A stretch of 63,415 bases of DNA, counting the filler, from Octopus bimaculoides (taxonomy: Eukaryota), in NCBI RefSeq assembly GCF_001194135.2. It is 5 parts of 5 records of this genome, joined end to end, with 100 filler letters (N's around TTAATTAATTAA, not from the genome) between each part and the next. Parts side by side here need not be neighbours in the genome. Positions count along the whole stretch, not along the records: positions 48,784 to 56,897 come from NC_068983.1; positions 56,998 to 61,348 come from NW_026418905.1; positions 61,449 to 63,415 come from NC_068987.1; 2 more parts are not named here. The stretch is one strand, 5' to 3'. Positions 49,149 through 62,989 of this stretch are shown piece by piece (positions within the stretch are counted from its first letter, which is position 1; every line of letters begins with the position of its first letter). A program made the translations under genes and the position numbers. The notes under the pieces are model-generated. The model was given only the letters and a program-made list of their open reading frames with translations. It made no database searches and had not been told where the DNA came from.

Positions 49149-51259
49149 CATACATACACGCACATACATACACACTCAAACACACACATCGCCAGTAAAT
49201 CATAAATTCGAATGAGAACCACACTCTAAGTTATAGAGCAGTAGAGTATTTAAATAAAGATAGCTATGGCCGGTTTATAGAGTAACTCCGGATTTCGCGT
49301 CCATAAAGTGCTTAGCTTTACAATGTCTCATCATCCCCTAATGGCCGGTGGTCTATAACCTCTCTTCAAAACGGTTACGCTCATGACTTCGCACATTCAT
49401 GTGAGTATGTCTATATGTGGAGAGAGGGAACGAAAGAGAAACAGTCAGCAGCAACAATGCAGATGAGACACAGCAGTCAGGTGAACAGACAATGAAATGT
49501 AAAGAGGTGTAGAAGAGAAGTGAGTGAGAAAGAGATATTGCGAGTAAGCAATTAAGCCAGAAAGTAATACTGAAGAGGTGAAAAACGAAAGATAAAACTT
49601 TACAAAAGAAATGAGAAATTGGAGAGATAACGTGATAAAATAAAATAGGTAGAGAGTGAGTAAGAATGCGGTGAGTAAGCATGCAGTAAGTAGATAGAGG
49701 GAGAATTTGTGTGTGATACACAAGTATGTAGGAAGGAAGATGGTGGGAAATAAGGAGAAAATATAGAAGTATATTTTGATTAAGAACTAGAATGACAGAA
49801 AACTATACAAATAGAGAGGAAATATGTAAGTGAATGACCGAGAGAGCGGGTAAAAATAATGAAGGTCAGTGAGAAAGTGAGAACGCGAGTGTTAGGAAAA
49901 GAAAGGCTGACTTTTCAAATATACAACAGACATATATTTGCTGGCCAAAAAGACGACTTTTAACTGCAAAAAGGAGATAATGTTTATCATAAGTTACTGG
50001 TTGATATGAATCATAGAGAAGTGCTTCAAAATATTTGCAAGAAAGCCAAACACAAACACCAGAAGAAAACGGAATACAACTTAAAATAGGAAGGTTAAGA
50101 AGTACACAAAGAAGGCAGAAATAAGCACCACCATTTTTAACGCGTACTATGCAAGGGGTGTATAAAAACAATATGAATATATAACACATTCACAACCATT
50201 GAAGCCATTTTCACTACCAACGCCACCAGCTCCATCAGTCGCTACTGTCTGCTCAATTGTCGTGCAGGGGGAAAAGTTCAGAGGCCGTCACCTTTGTACA
50301 GCTTCGGATCAATAATACATTGGTGAATAGCACGGCATCTGTTATGCGACCGATGAGATCTTCGCGTGAGTGGAACCTGTTTTTTGTACTGTTATATTTT
50401 TATCTTTTTTTTCTCTAGTTGCTCTCAATGAATATTCTTGATTGGCGCTATTGGTGTAGAGTTATAGATGTCATCCTTGACCTGCATTTTAGCTTGCTAT
50501 TGTTCATGTTTTTCTACCTTATACTTCCTTCTTCACTGACTTCAGTACGACTAAATTACGGGATGGTACTGTAATGTGATGTGATATGATATGTATATAG
50601 TTATCTGTGTATGTCTGTTGTGTGAATCATTGACATTAAGGAATATATCATTACATTTATACTGTGTTTTTAAGGGGATAGGTAAAATGAAGATATAATA
50701 TATATATGTACATGTGTGTGTATATCATTTATTATGTATGTATGCTTACAGACACATACAGACATGCACGCACGCACTCATACACACACATGTGTATATA
50801 TTTATATGGATGAGAGAGAGAGAGAGAGAGATAGCTGGAGAGTAAGAGATAGATAGATAAAGTTTTGGTTGCAAGGACTAAATACAGAAACTTGAATAAA
50901 GAATTCAAGACCAATATATAAACATACACTATAAAATATATATATGCATGTGTGTGTGTGTGTGTATAAAGTAAGTATCAAGTCGATGATTGGGTGCTTT
51001 TCCATGGAACATACTTTTATTTGGTGCCTTCTACTAATATTAATGTTATTCATGATGGCAACATATTTTAAAGTAAATATACTTAAATGTGAGCGGATAT
51101 TTTAATGTGAAAGCAAAATGTAAGGGCAAAATTTATGGTGTAAAAAATTATTTGAACTCTATAATTGATATAGCCATTAATCATCTATCAAACCTCATCA
51201 AGCACATATGATGCGAGTTCTAGTATTGTTCGTTCCTGTAATAATTGCTCATTTTGCAG

Positions 51260-51325
51260 GGATGGTTTGCTGGCACAATATCCAACCCACGTACTTGGTA
51301 CTATGCTGTACGAGAAGAGTTGAAC
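51260..51325 (+). CDS. Candidate 66-nt exon
   Basis: cattttgcag| acceptor and AAC|gtaagt donor (both consensus). Phase-0 frame GWFAGTISNPRTWYYAVREELN. Confidence 0.45.
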
Positions 51326-52191
51326 GTAAGTTTTATAAGGCTGTTGCTACTGGGGTCACTTGACGTACTAATATTTCCAACAAATCATACTTGATGTGTT
51401 AAGAGATAAACTATATGTAGAACAGATGGAGTGCTCATGGCTAAAACCCTTTTGGTTGTAGGTCTGCTCGATCAGAATAGTTAATAGTTAAATTCCTTTG
51501 TCAGTATCACAATACTGCACTCTTGAGAGGATAAAAACCGACAACTTCTATCGTGATTTTTTACTCCGCCCTCAATAGTAACCCGGTTGTCTAACCATAA
51601 CATGCATGGTATATGTTTCGTCGCTCTCGGAATATGTAAAAATGCAAAATAGATATTGGTGTACCCATATAGGATAGATCAATCTAGAATTTCTGTTAGA
51701 ATGTACCGATTTTTATTCATATCATACTGCTATAAACATATTGTAGAGACGAAAGGATTCTATACAAACTGCGCTACCAAATTTATTTTACAAGTTCCAA
51801 CGCTGCAACATTGTCTTGGTCAACGTTCTTGGTCAACTCAGAATCTATTGATGTTTACGGAGGGAAGTCTTAGCCACACACCCGTACTTATGCTCATGTG
51901 TACGTGTGTATGTGCGCGCTCGCACGTGTGACCGTACGTATACGTGTATCTCTGTGTCATATGTGTGTGTTAGTCGAATGTTCTAAATGATTTCAAACAT
52001 TTCATATAAGACAATTGCCTACACAAACCTATATTGTGACAGAGCTAAGATTCATTCTCATACATATGCAGTGCGAGGAAGAGAACGGCAGGGAAGAGAT
52101 AAAGAGAATGAAAGAGATAGACAGATACATAAATAGCTAGTTAACTAACTGGACAGGCAGACAGACAGACAGACAGACAGACAGACAGGCT

Positions 52192-52243
<52 letters not shown>

Positions 52244-52444
52244 TGCTCACCTTCGTAAGGAACATGTATAAACGGGAACATGACCTATTAAAGATGATTC
52301 AAACAAAATTATTTATGCACTCCTCGCATGCTCAAATATTACTCATACATTCGCTTTATACCCTATGTATACACGTTCATATGCACATTCACACGCATAC
52401 AGACGTAGTCACTCCATCTCTCACTCTCTCTCCCTCTCTCTCTC

Positions 52445-52491
<47 letters not shown>

Positions 52492-53045
52492 ATACGCACA
52501 CTTATCGTCACAGTCATATATATACAAATATGCATAAACATATGCACACACTCTATGCATGCGGACATTTGAAAAATCCTTTTAATATGTGCATCTTAGA
52601 TTCGGATACATATTTATATCTACATAGAAATTCGTGAGTTTGGATAAGTTCGTTTGCCGCTGGGAAAAGACAGATCTGACAGTTCACCCTTCGTCGGAGA
52701 GAAAAGCGATTTAGATGGACACACTCACACGCTCGCGCGCGCGCGCGGATGTGCTCCTCGAAACATACACACACACAGGCGTGCACATATGCACATACTC
52801 ACTCATTTACACACACGCGCACACACATTTTTAATAACACTTTGACTCAGTTCCAGACTTAGCGTCATGGGCAAGTGAGACAGGTCTCTCTTATCAGACA
52901 TACGGAGAATTTTCTGTTGTCTTTCGAGCCAACTAAACTGTAAGTCATACGCAGCTGAGTCAAGCTGATATTAAAAAATATACGTAATTCCCACCAAATG
53001 TCTTGAGTGCAACTTTCTTTCATTTGTCCACTCACTCATCCGCGT

Positions 53046-53162
<117 letters not shown>

Positions 53163-53357
53163 AAGGAGAGTACGTATGTGTGCGTGTGTATAATCTGATG
53201 CCTTATAAGTATGTCTATCTATCTATCTGTGTATGTATGTGTGTGTGCGTGTGTGGTGTAGGGATACACGTGAAAAAGGTCTGGAAATATACCTTTCAGT
53301 ATCTCTTCCGGTTCTATGTGCTAAAATTACAACGCCTACAACGTCACTTGTGTCTAG

Positions 53358-53433
53358 CTGAATTGCTGCATATCAGCGGTCTTTCCTTTGAGCAAACCCC
53401 GATGGCGTGAAGAGGACAGACTTGAATACATGG
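53358..53433 (+). CDS. Candidate exon
   Basis: tgtgtctag| acceptor and ATGG|gtaaat donor. Frame LNCCISAVFPLSKPRWREEDRLEYM, phase-compatible with 51260-51325. Confidence 0.25.
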
Positions 53434-54024
53434 GTAAATGCCAGTCTTCATCAGAAAAATCTTTCCCAGCCCCTGTATATATATATATATATAGGCATGT
53501 CTTCATATAAATTCAGTTAGATTAAGACATGGAAATAGGCTGAACCTGTGCATTGCTGCGTGACGTTCGAATAAATACCTGCGTGCTAAGGATCTGTAGA
53601 ATATTGACTGAACGATTACTGCAAAACAACAGAGATCTATTTTACAAATATATACTAAATAGCAAGATAGTGAAAAAAAATGCAATGGCTGCGATACTCT
53701 ACTCTACAAGGTTAACTATTGTGTAGAATTTATTCAGTATGGTCCCAGAACAGACTAAAGCAAATCCAAACACCATTCTTGGTGTTTGGATGATGCCTAC
53801 ATTTTAATGGTAACCGTATACAAACAGTATCTATGCTAGCTATATATGTGATACTTAATGTATATACACAGTTTATAGGCCATTTACTGAGATATTCGTT
53901 CCGAGATAACACTTCTTGTGGACGTACTCTGTTAAAAGTACAGTAACTAACGGAATATCGATGGTAGACGAATATCGGTGGTCGGCAAACAGCGAGAACA
54001 CCAGATGCATTTTAAATGCTTTAG

Positions 54025-54089
54025 GTCTTTTCAATGATGAGTTCTCGCATCTAGCCACTTGGACGAAAATTCGTCGCCTGCCGATATAG
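54025..54089 (+). CDS. Candidate terminal exon
   Basis: tgctttag| acceptor. Phase-1 frame (G)LFNDEFSHLATWTKIRRLPI-TAG. AATAAA occurs downstream at about 54123 and 54309. Confidence 0.2.
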
Positions 54090-55312
54090 AAAACAGTGAT
54101 GTTGCAAGTAGCCAGTCGGCTGAATAAAAATCCAGTATACGCAATTGAAGCATCATAACACTTAATGAATATGAGCGTTTAAAAGCCGTTTACTGCGGTA
54201 TTCGCGCTGAAATAACATTTCTTATGGACAACAAACACATCCCGGTCATTGACAAGGAAAAATGTTGCTATTTCAGGGCCGCTATTTTAATACATGTCTC
54301 CTGAACAGAAATAAATACATATACAAATTAACATATACAGGTCGAGGGAGAGAGAGGGAGAAGGAGAGAACGAGTGCAAGAGAGGCAGGGTGTTAAAGAG
54401 AGAGAGAGAGGGGAAGAGAGAGAGGGGGAAGTGAGAGAGGGTGGAGAGAGAGAGTGAAGGGATAGAGAGTGAAGAGAGAGAGAGTGATGAGAGAGAGATA
54501 GAGTGATGAGAGAGAGACAGAGTGAAGAGAGACTGTGGCTGTATGTTTGTTTATTATGTCTGAGTGAATAGTGTACCAGACAACCGGCCAAAAGAAAAGC
54601 AGTTGTGTGTGCGCGTTTTTGTGCGCGCGTGTGCAGACTCAGGCACACGCGCGCACACAGTCATACATGCACAGACACATGCGCACATAAGAACGTACAC
54701 AGGAATACACACCTACACACACGCGCACTCGCACGCACGCACACGCGCGCACACACGCGTGAAAGCACATACGTACACACAGACGCACACACATACTCGA
54801 GCACACCTACACACACGGACGCATACACGCAAACATATACTCAGATATTTGCCTGTTCAAAAAAAACAATAATAATAATAACGCCAGAAAAGCAGTTGGC
54901 ATTCTGTCTCTTCTGAATAGTTCAATTCTCCCTGCTTTGAACAACTCAGTACAGTTGACGGGAAAGAGATGGGAATGGAATCTACGCCATGATGTTTTCA
55001 AGTAGTTCTTAGCACGTGGTACTGGGTTCAACACCGCGTGTAAATATAGAAACCGGACCTCCCAACATTGGAATTTGGTTTTTAGTTCAGATTACAGAAT
55101 ACATATCACACAGGGCATCTTCCGCAGCCATCGAACACTTTTCATTAGTAAATACACAGACAAATACTCAGAGTAACCATACTTATACACATACACACAC
55201 ACATATGAATACGAAACATGTGTGTGTATGAAAGTGTGTTTATGTATATGCGTATGTGCGAGCTTGTTCGTAGTTTGTGTGTATAAATACATATTTATGT
55301 TTATACATACAT

Positions 55313-55697
55313 GTTGGCACTCCGTCGATTACGACGTCGAGGGTTCCAGTTGATCCGATCAACGGAACAGCCTGCTCGTGAAATTAACGTGCAAGTGGCT
55401 GAGCACTCCACAGACACGTGTATCCTTAACGTAGTTCTCGGGGATATTCAGCGTGACACAGAGTATGACAAGGTTGACCCTTTGAATTATAGGCACAACA
55501 GAAACAGGAAGTAAGAGTGAGAGAAAGTTGTGGTGGAGGAGTACAGCAGGGTTCGCCACCATCCCCTGTCGGAGCCTCGTGGAGCTTTATGTGTTTTCGC
55601 GCAATAAACACTCACAACGCCCGGTCTGGGAATCGAAACCGTGATCCTATGACCACGAGTCCGCTGCCCTAATCACTGGGCCATTACGCCTTCACTG
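55313..55697 (-). mobile_element. Full-length tRNA-derived SINE family C
   Basis: Minus-strand head ggcgtaatggcccagtgattagggcagcggactcg...ggtttcgattcc (A and B boxes), tail ...gacggagtgccaaca, and a probable 9-bp TSD tacatacat (55304-55312 / 55698-55706). Confidence 0.85.
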
Positions 55698-56178
55698 TAC
55701 ATACATATATATGCACATAAGTGCACAGTTATCTATACACACACAATACGCACAATCACACAAACACAAACGCAAACACCCAAACACATTATGTATAACT
55801 TTTAAAAATAATTTCAGGTAGATCTCTTTTCCTAATGCTTCTATTCTAACGGTTATAGTTCACTCAGCTTCTCTTGACTGTTTAAACTCATTCACTCTCA
55901 CATCTAACCGCCATTTCCAAAAATACGTGACGAAAGCTCGTTCAGATTCTGCTATTGGCGCACATCTCATACATTTGCCAGTTTATCGTGGTAATTGTCT
56001 AAGATGTTGATTGCATCAGAACAACGGTTTTCTCTATAAATATGTCACAATTCGAGAACAGTTTTTATTCAGACGTGGCTACCACTCAGTCATTCACATT
56101 TTTTTATGTCATTAATTCAGTATAAGAGTGATATGGGAGTTTAGCTACATGTGTAAGTATGAATAAATACTCTCTCTC

Positions 56179-56232
<54 letters not shown>

Positions 56233-56504
56233 NNNNNNNNNNNNNNNNNNNNNNNNNNNNNNNNNNNNNNNNNNNNNNNNNNNNNNNNNNNNNNNNNNNN
56301 NNNNNNNNNNNNNNNNNNNNNNNNNNNNNNNNNNNNNNNNNNNNNNNNNNNNNNNNNNNNNNNNNNNNNNNNNNNNNNNNNNNNNNNNNNNNNNNNNNNN
56401 NNNNNNNNNNNNNNNNNNNNNNNNNNNNNNNNNNNNNNNNNNNNNNNNNNNNNNNNNNNNNNNNNNNNNNNNNNNNNNNNNNNNNNNNNNNNNNNNNNNN
56501 NNNN

Positions 56505-56542
<38 letters not shown>

Positions 56543-56840
56543 ATATATATATATGAGCATAGGTCTGAGTGTATGTATAACTGTACATACATACGTATAA
56601 ACATACTACTTACGTCCATTCAGGAATTGTTAATACACATTTCATAAGTGTAATTATATTTTATTTCCATGAATGTATGTATATAGATATGCATAGACAT
56701 TCATATATATGCACACGCGCGCGCTCACACATACATAGACATACACATACACACACATATACTATGCATGTATATAATATATAGAATAGGTGTGGGTCTA
56801 TACATATACATTTACGCGTATATATGTATATATGTGTGTA

Positions 56841-56897
<57 letters not shown>

Positions 56898-56997
56898 NNN
56901 NNNNNNNNNNNNNNNNNNNNNNNNNNNNNNNNNNNNNNNNNTTAATTAATTAANNNNNNNNNNNNNNNNNNNNNNNNNNNNNNNNNNNNNNNNNNNN
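56898..56997. other. Artificial 100-bp assembly spacer
   Basis: N44-TTAATTAATTAA-N44. Confidence 0.95.
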
Positions 56998-58926
56998 TTT
57001 TCCTTTCAAACATGTATTGACCATAATTAAATCTCCATTCTTCTCTAACCCAGCCGAGAAATCTTTGCTACAACTTCAAACTAATGTCAACGGAATTTAG
57101 ATATATTTCAGCTGGGTTTTACTTCCTATTTTGTATTTCTACCTATCACAACCTGTCACATCTATACACACATTCTTTAGGTCACCTCTCTTACTCTTAA
57201 GACAATATATATTCCTGCTTGTAGAAACGTATTCGTTAATGTAGCATATAATTAAATTGATCGGGCTAAATTTCACGGCTTCTGCAATACAAAATAGAAC
57301 TTTAACAATTTGAAAGTACTTTTGAAAGTACTTTTGAATAATGTCCTTCTAAATAACGGTAAAAATCATAGTGAAGAAATCTCTAGAAATATATTTAAAA
57401 GCCATTTTATCCGATATGGCGTTTGATTATTGCATTTTGTTGTGAAAACAAGAAATCTTGCTATGACAAACTCTAGGTAAAACAAGTGCTGTCTAGAAAG
57501 ATTGGCATTTTCGGCAACTAACCGTCTGCAGCAAGAGACAAACGCACTAAAGTCGTCATTGTCCGCTGCACTTTACTCTCGAAAACGAGATATATATACG
57601 GAGGAAATTAACTGATTTTAATGGTGCCTATAATGCAACAGAGACAGCTCTGTTCTAAGAAGAATAATCAGCTGCAAAGGTNNNNNNNNNNNNNNNNNNN
57701 NNNNNNNNNNNNNNNNNNNNNNNNNNNNNNNNNNNNNNNNNNNNNNNNNNNNNNNNNNNNNNNNNNNNNNNNNNNNNNNNNNNNNNNNNNNNNNNNNNNN
57801 NNNNNNNNNNNNNNNNNNNNNNNNNNNNNNNNNNNNNNNNNNNNNNNNNNNNNNNNNNNGATACGTAAACAATTACTCACACATTGCGCACGCTATCCGC
57901 CCAGCCGGAGCTATTACGTGAGAAAGTATTTCAAGCAGTGATGGGCAATAATATTACGGCATATCAATTCAACCACGTATGCCAAATATTTTCACCTAAA
58001 ATTCATTTCCACTGCTGTTTATGGTGAAGAACAAAGTTTTACGTTAGACGAGAACTTAATAGTCGGCTGAAGACACCATTCACTCAACTAGTGAATATAT
58101 GGCAAATCGTATTGATCCCCTCTTAAAAACATGCCAAGAGGGACAACAGTCTCGCTGACTCGGACGCATAGCTATCTTCATCGGAAATCAGTAAAAACAA
58201 TTTTACTGGTAGGTCGCGTTATTCGGCTGGACGGAACAAACATATGAATTGATGCGCGCGGCATTTATGTAAAACAAGAAAATTCTATTTTCCTTTTAAA
58301 CATATGTCGACCATCTTTAAATCTCCATTCTTCTCCAACCCGATTTGTGTTAGCCGAGACATCTTTGCTACACTTCAAACTATTGTCCGCTGCACTTTAC
58401 TATCCAAAATGAGATATATATACGGAGGAAATTAACTGATTTTAATGGTGCTTATAATGCAACAAAGACAGCTCTGGTAGAAGAAGAATAAACAGCTACA
58501 GAGGTCCCCCACTGGACAACTGGATATTTTGCACACCCATTAGTCCTTTCCGAAACATATACAAGGGAGACATGCCAGAGCTGCTCGTGGGCGACGCCTA
58601 CTTTTGGAGATACGTAAACAATTACTCACACATTGCGCACGTTATCCGCCCAGCCGGAGCTATTACGTGAGAAAGTATGCCATGCAGTGATTGAAAATGA
58701 AATTAGTGAACAACACTTCAAATACGTTTGCCATCTTTTTAAGCTGTAAAGCATTTCCATTGCAGTTTGGGATAAACAACAAAGTTTTGTCTCGGACAAA
58801 ACGGTGTAGATCACCATAGTCGGCTCAAGGGCACCATCCACTGAACCACTGTATACTTTGCAAACCGCTTTGATCTCTTCAGAAAAACATACCAAGTGAG
58901 AAAACACTGTGCTGACACGAACGCTT
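56998..58926. pseudogene. Tandem pair of diverged, disrupted coding-like sequences of unknown family
   Basis: 57000-57090 matches 58290-58385, 57555-57681 matches 58381-58505, and 57860-58150 matches 58609-58900. Substitutions show a 3-nt periodicity. Confidence 0.5.
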
Positions 58927-59704
58927 NNNNNNNNNNNNNNNNNNNNNNNNNNNNNNNNNNNNNNNNNNNNNNNNNNNNNNNNNNNNNNNNNNNNNNNNNN
59001 NNNNNNNNNNNNNNNNNNNNNNNNNNNNNNNNNNNNNNNNNNNNNNNNNNNNNNNNNNNNNNNNNNNNNNNNNNNNNNNNNNNNNNNNNNNNNNNNNNNN
59101 NNNNNNNNNNNNNNNNNNNNNNNNNNNNNNNNNNNNNNNNNNNNNNNNNNNNNNNNNNNNNNNNNNNNNNNNNNNNNNNNNNNNNNNNNNNNNNNNNNNN
59201 NNNNNNNNNNNNNNNNNNNNNNNNNNNNNNNNNNNNNNNNNNNNNNNNNNNNNNNNNNNNNNNNNNNNNNNNNNNNNNNNNNNNNNNNNNNNNNNNNNNN
59301 NNNNNNNNNNNNNNNNNNNNNNNNNNNNNNNNNNNNNNNNNNNNNNNNNNNNNNNNNNNNNNNNNNNNNNNNNNNNNNNNNNNNNNNNNNNNNNNNNNNN
59401 NNNNNNNNNNNNNNNNNNNNNNNNNNNNNNNNNNNNNNNNNNNNNNNNNNNNNNNNNNNNNNNNNNNNNNNNNNNNNNNNNNNNNNNNNNNNNNNNNNNN
59501 NNNNNNNNNNNNNNNNNNNNNNNNNNNNNNNNNNNNNNNNNNNNNNNNNNNNNNNNNNNNNNNNNNNNNNNNNNNNNNNNNNNNNNNNNNNNNNNNNNNN
59601 NNNNNNNNNNNNNNNNNNNNNNNNNNNNNNNNNNNNNNNNNNNNNNNNNNNNNNNNNNNNNNNNNNNNNNNNNNNNNNNNNNNNNNNNNNNNNNNNNNNN
59701 NNNN

Positions 59705-59735
<31 letters not shown>

Positions 59736-60000
59736 CATATATGTATATGAATAAACGTCCGAGCCTGAATGAGCGTAAAACTGACCAATGCTCTGAGAGA
59801 GAATTTGATAAACTGAAACTCCATGAAAGCTTGTATGTTTGCATTTTGGTGGAGGAGCTTGTATGAGTATTCATGTTTATCCCCTCACCCCTTTGCAACC
59901 ATTGTTTTGCTTACGGTCTCATAACTTGATGGATCGGCTTAAGTGAGCGATTCAATGAGTACCCCACCTTAATAAACAAAATGAATGAGCTTGATAACTC

Positions 60001-61270
60001 GTGGTGTCAAGTGGCAACATGAACAACGTATGGTGTCAGTTGGCAGCGTAAAGAACGTGTCGTGTCTGTAGGCAACTAAAGGGCGCGTGGTATCAGTTGG
60101 CAACATAAAGAACGCGCGGTGTCTGATGGCAACGTAAAGAACGCATGATGTCTGTTGTCAACGTGAATAACGTGTGGTGTCACTTGGCAACGTAAAGAAT
60201 GTGTGGTGTCTGCTGGTAACGTAGAGAACGCGAGGTGTCAGTTGGTAACATAAAGAACGCGTGGTGTCAGGTGACAACGTACGTAAAGTACGCGTGGTAT
60301 TAGTTGGCAGCGTAAAGAACGCGTAGTTTGTTGGCAACGTAAAGAAGACGAGGTGTCTGATGGTAACATAAAGAACGTGCGATGTCAGGTAGCAACGTAA
60401 AGCACGCGTGGTATCAGTTGACTGCGTAAAGAACGCGTAGTGTCTGTTGGCAACGTAAAGAACGCGCGGTGTCAGGTGGCAACGTAAAGAACGCGTAGAG
60501 TTTGTTGGCAACGTATAGAAGATGAGTTGTCTGATGGTAACGTAAAGAACGTGCGGTGTCAGGTGGCAACGTAAAGCACACGTGGTATCAGTTGGAAGCG
60601 TAAAGAAAGCGTAGTGTTTGTCAGTTGGTAACGTAAAGAACGCGTTATGGCAGTTGGCAACGTAAAGAACGCGTAGTGTCACATGTCAACGTAAAAGAAA
60701 CGTGGTATCACTTGGCAACGTAAAGAATGTGTGGTGTTTGTTGTCACTTGGCAACGAAAAGACGTGGTATCAGTGGGAAACGTAAAGAACGTGTGGTGTC
60801 TGTTGGCAACGTAAAGAACGTGTGGTGTCTGTTGGCAACGTAAGGAACGTGTGGTGTCTGATGGCAACATAAAGAACGCATTGTGTCAGTTGGCAACGCA
60901 AAGAACGTGTGGTGTCTGTTGTCAACGTAAAGAACGCGTTATGGCAGTTGGCAACGTAAAGAACGCGTAGTGTCACATGTCAACGTAAAAGAAACGTGGT
61001 ATCACTTGGCAACGTAAAGAATGTGTGGTGNNNNNNNNNNCGTAGTGTCACATGTCAACGTAAAAGAAACGTGGTATCACTTGGCAACGTAAAGAATGTG
61101 TGGTGTTTGTTGGTAACGTAAAGAACGCGCGGTGTCAGGTGGCAACGTGAAGCACGCGTGGTATCAGTTGGCTGCGTAAAGAACGCAAAGTGTCGCATGG
61201 CAACATAAAAGAAGCGTGGTATCACTTGGCAACGTAAAGCACGCGTGTCTGTTGGCAACGTAAAGAACGC
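60001..61270 (+). repeat. 29-bp minisatellite, about 40-43 copies
   Basis: Consensus GTGGTGTCWGTTGGCAACGTAAAGAACGY, with variant units recurring in blocks. Confidence 0.93.
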
Positions 61271-61348
61271 CCCAGTTTTTGTGACTAGCCTGAGGTCATC
61301 TATGAATTACAAATTTGCACGAAACGTAAAGATGCTTAAAAGCATACG

Positions 61349-61448
61349 NNNNNNNNNNNNNNNNNNNNNNNNNNNNNNNNNNNNNNNNNNNNTTAATTAA
61401 TTAANNNNNNNNNNNNNNNNNNNNNNNNNNNNNNNNNNNNNNNNNNNN
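61349..61448. other. Artificial 100-bp assembly spacer
   Basis: N44-TTAATTAATTAA-N44. Confidence 0.95.
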
Positions 61449-61469
61449 ATTATTATTATTATTATTATT

Positions 61470-61640
61470 ATTATTACCTCCGCCTCGTGTTTGATTTTTT
61501 TTCCCGTGGACAAGATATCTCAAGAACCACTGAATGGATTCGGATGAAACTTTCAGGGATGTTTGTCCTTGTGACTTGCACGAACCGATTAGATTTTGGG
61601 ATCGATCCAGTACAGGGCAAAGATTCTTGATTATTTGTTA
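61470..61640 (+). mobile_element. Second copy of the HINE-like family (5' part)
   Basis: attacctccgcc...ccgtggacaagatatctcaagaacc...gatgaaactttcagggatgttt...gattagattttgggatcgatcc matches 14465-14575. Confidence 0.7.
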
Positions 61641-62114
61641 TATTTACTTTACTTTATATGATGTATTACGATCTTACGCTGACTTTCAAGTCTTTCTCTG
61701 ATTATCTCCCTTGAAAGCACGCTCATGGTTTCCACGTAAGTTATGGCAGCGTTGCTATTTCCAAAGTTTTATTTTCGTTTCTCTATTATTAATTTTATTC
61801 GCGTCCCTATCTTAGTAGAAACTGATGGATAAAGAAATCAAACTATATAAACAAACGGCAACAAAACCGTTCAGAAATTAAATAACACTAACATATTTAG
61901 TAACAATAATAAATTTAATTTATCCTCAACAATTTTTAGTTTTACCAATATCGCTCATGTTTAAAACTTCTTACCTACTTGACAATTACATTTCTAACTC
62001 TGTCTTGAAGGAAGCTTTACTTCTTGGACTCATGTTTTTGTGCGCAACGATGCTGTCAAACCTCCGCTAACAACACCGTATGCAGTTCCTTTATCATCAT
62101 CATCATCATCATCA

Positions 62115-62173
<59 letters not shown>

Positions 62174-62174
62174 G

Positions 62175-62690
62175 AGTGAGAGAGCAACGCATGTCATCAA
62201 AGTGACCCTAGGATACCAATATACGCAACCCAATATGCCCATCATAACAACTCGTCTGATAAGTGCACATCAGACACATGCATCACAACCATATGTGCGA
62301 GACATGGTGATCTTATATCAAGATAAACAGAGCAAGGCCTTGCAGGTAGGGCGGAGTTAGAATTTTCTTCGGGTCGAGTAGGTCACTTTGCTCAAAAGCT
62401 CCCTGAATAAGGTTTGTTTAAAGATGATGAACGAAACACTTATGTTTTCAGAGGCGAATTATTCAAACCCCAGAAAATTCTTTCAAATACATGGCTATGA
62501 TGCTCTCCTGCTCGTGGTCAACCACTAAGGGACGTGTTCAACTGGTTGAGGTCAAGTAACTGACTAGCAACTCTGTGGTATTGAGCAGAATATTTGCTGT
62601 AACCCATCTTTTACACCAAGAGAAAACATGCACTTGTTAACACTTCCAATCAGTTAAGATGAGAAGCTATGAGAGCTGGCACCTGGTACT
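62175..62690 (-). mobile_element. LINE 3' end with (TAA)n tail, probably R4/Dong-like
   Basis: Abuts a (TAT)n run at 62117-62173. The same sequence recurs in the opposite orientation at about 8020-8185. The clade assignment rests on the TAA-tail habit (inference). Confidence 0.45.
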
Positions 62691-62732
62691 GCATTTAGTA
62701 TCTTATGTTCACGTAGGCCTTTTGAATACAGT

Positions 62733-62958
62733 TTAGCTAGTTCTTTCTCTGTGCCTGGTCCAACTACTTTTATTGTCTATTTCAATCCAATCTGGACCTG
62801 CAGCTTTATTGCTTTTAATTTCCTTCAAAAACTTTCTCACTTCTGCCTCCAAAATGTCTGGGACCCTTTCCTTTGAATTTACAGTTCGAGAAACTTCTTT
62901 CTTTGATTGATATAAGTTTTCATAGAATTCTTTTATTATTTTTGCACAAATGTTATTA
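62733..62958 (-). mobile_element. RTE-clade LINE ORF2 fragment (EN-RT linker)
   Basis: IIKEFYENLYQSKK...VPDILEAEVRKFLKEIKSNKAAGPDWI matches the EFYxxLY...KAxGPDG motif upstream of RT. Confidence 0.75.
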
Positions 62959-62989
62959 CTGGGACAAAAAATAAATACATCTAAGGAAA

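Noticed and set aside
49400-50160. Purine-rich strand asymmetry and the 107-aa minus-strand ORF
   Set aside because: The hydrophobic translation reflects T/C bias on the minus strand. Plus-strand frames have many stops.
55620-55697. tRNA genes at SINE heads (also 15560-15640 and 12292-12350)
   Set aside because: A and B boxes are present but continue into SINE bodies without a complete cloverleaf or acceptor stem.
60001-61270. CRISPR array
   Set aside because: The variable parts are mutated versions of one another rather than unique spacers. The period is only 29 bp, there are no cas genes, and the context is eukaryotic. The minus-strand ORFs here are repeat translations.
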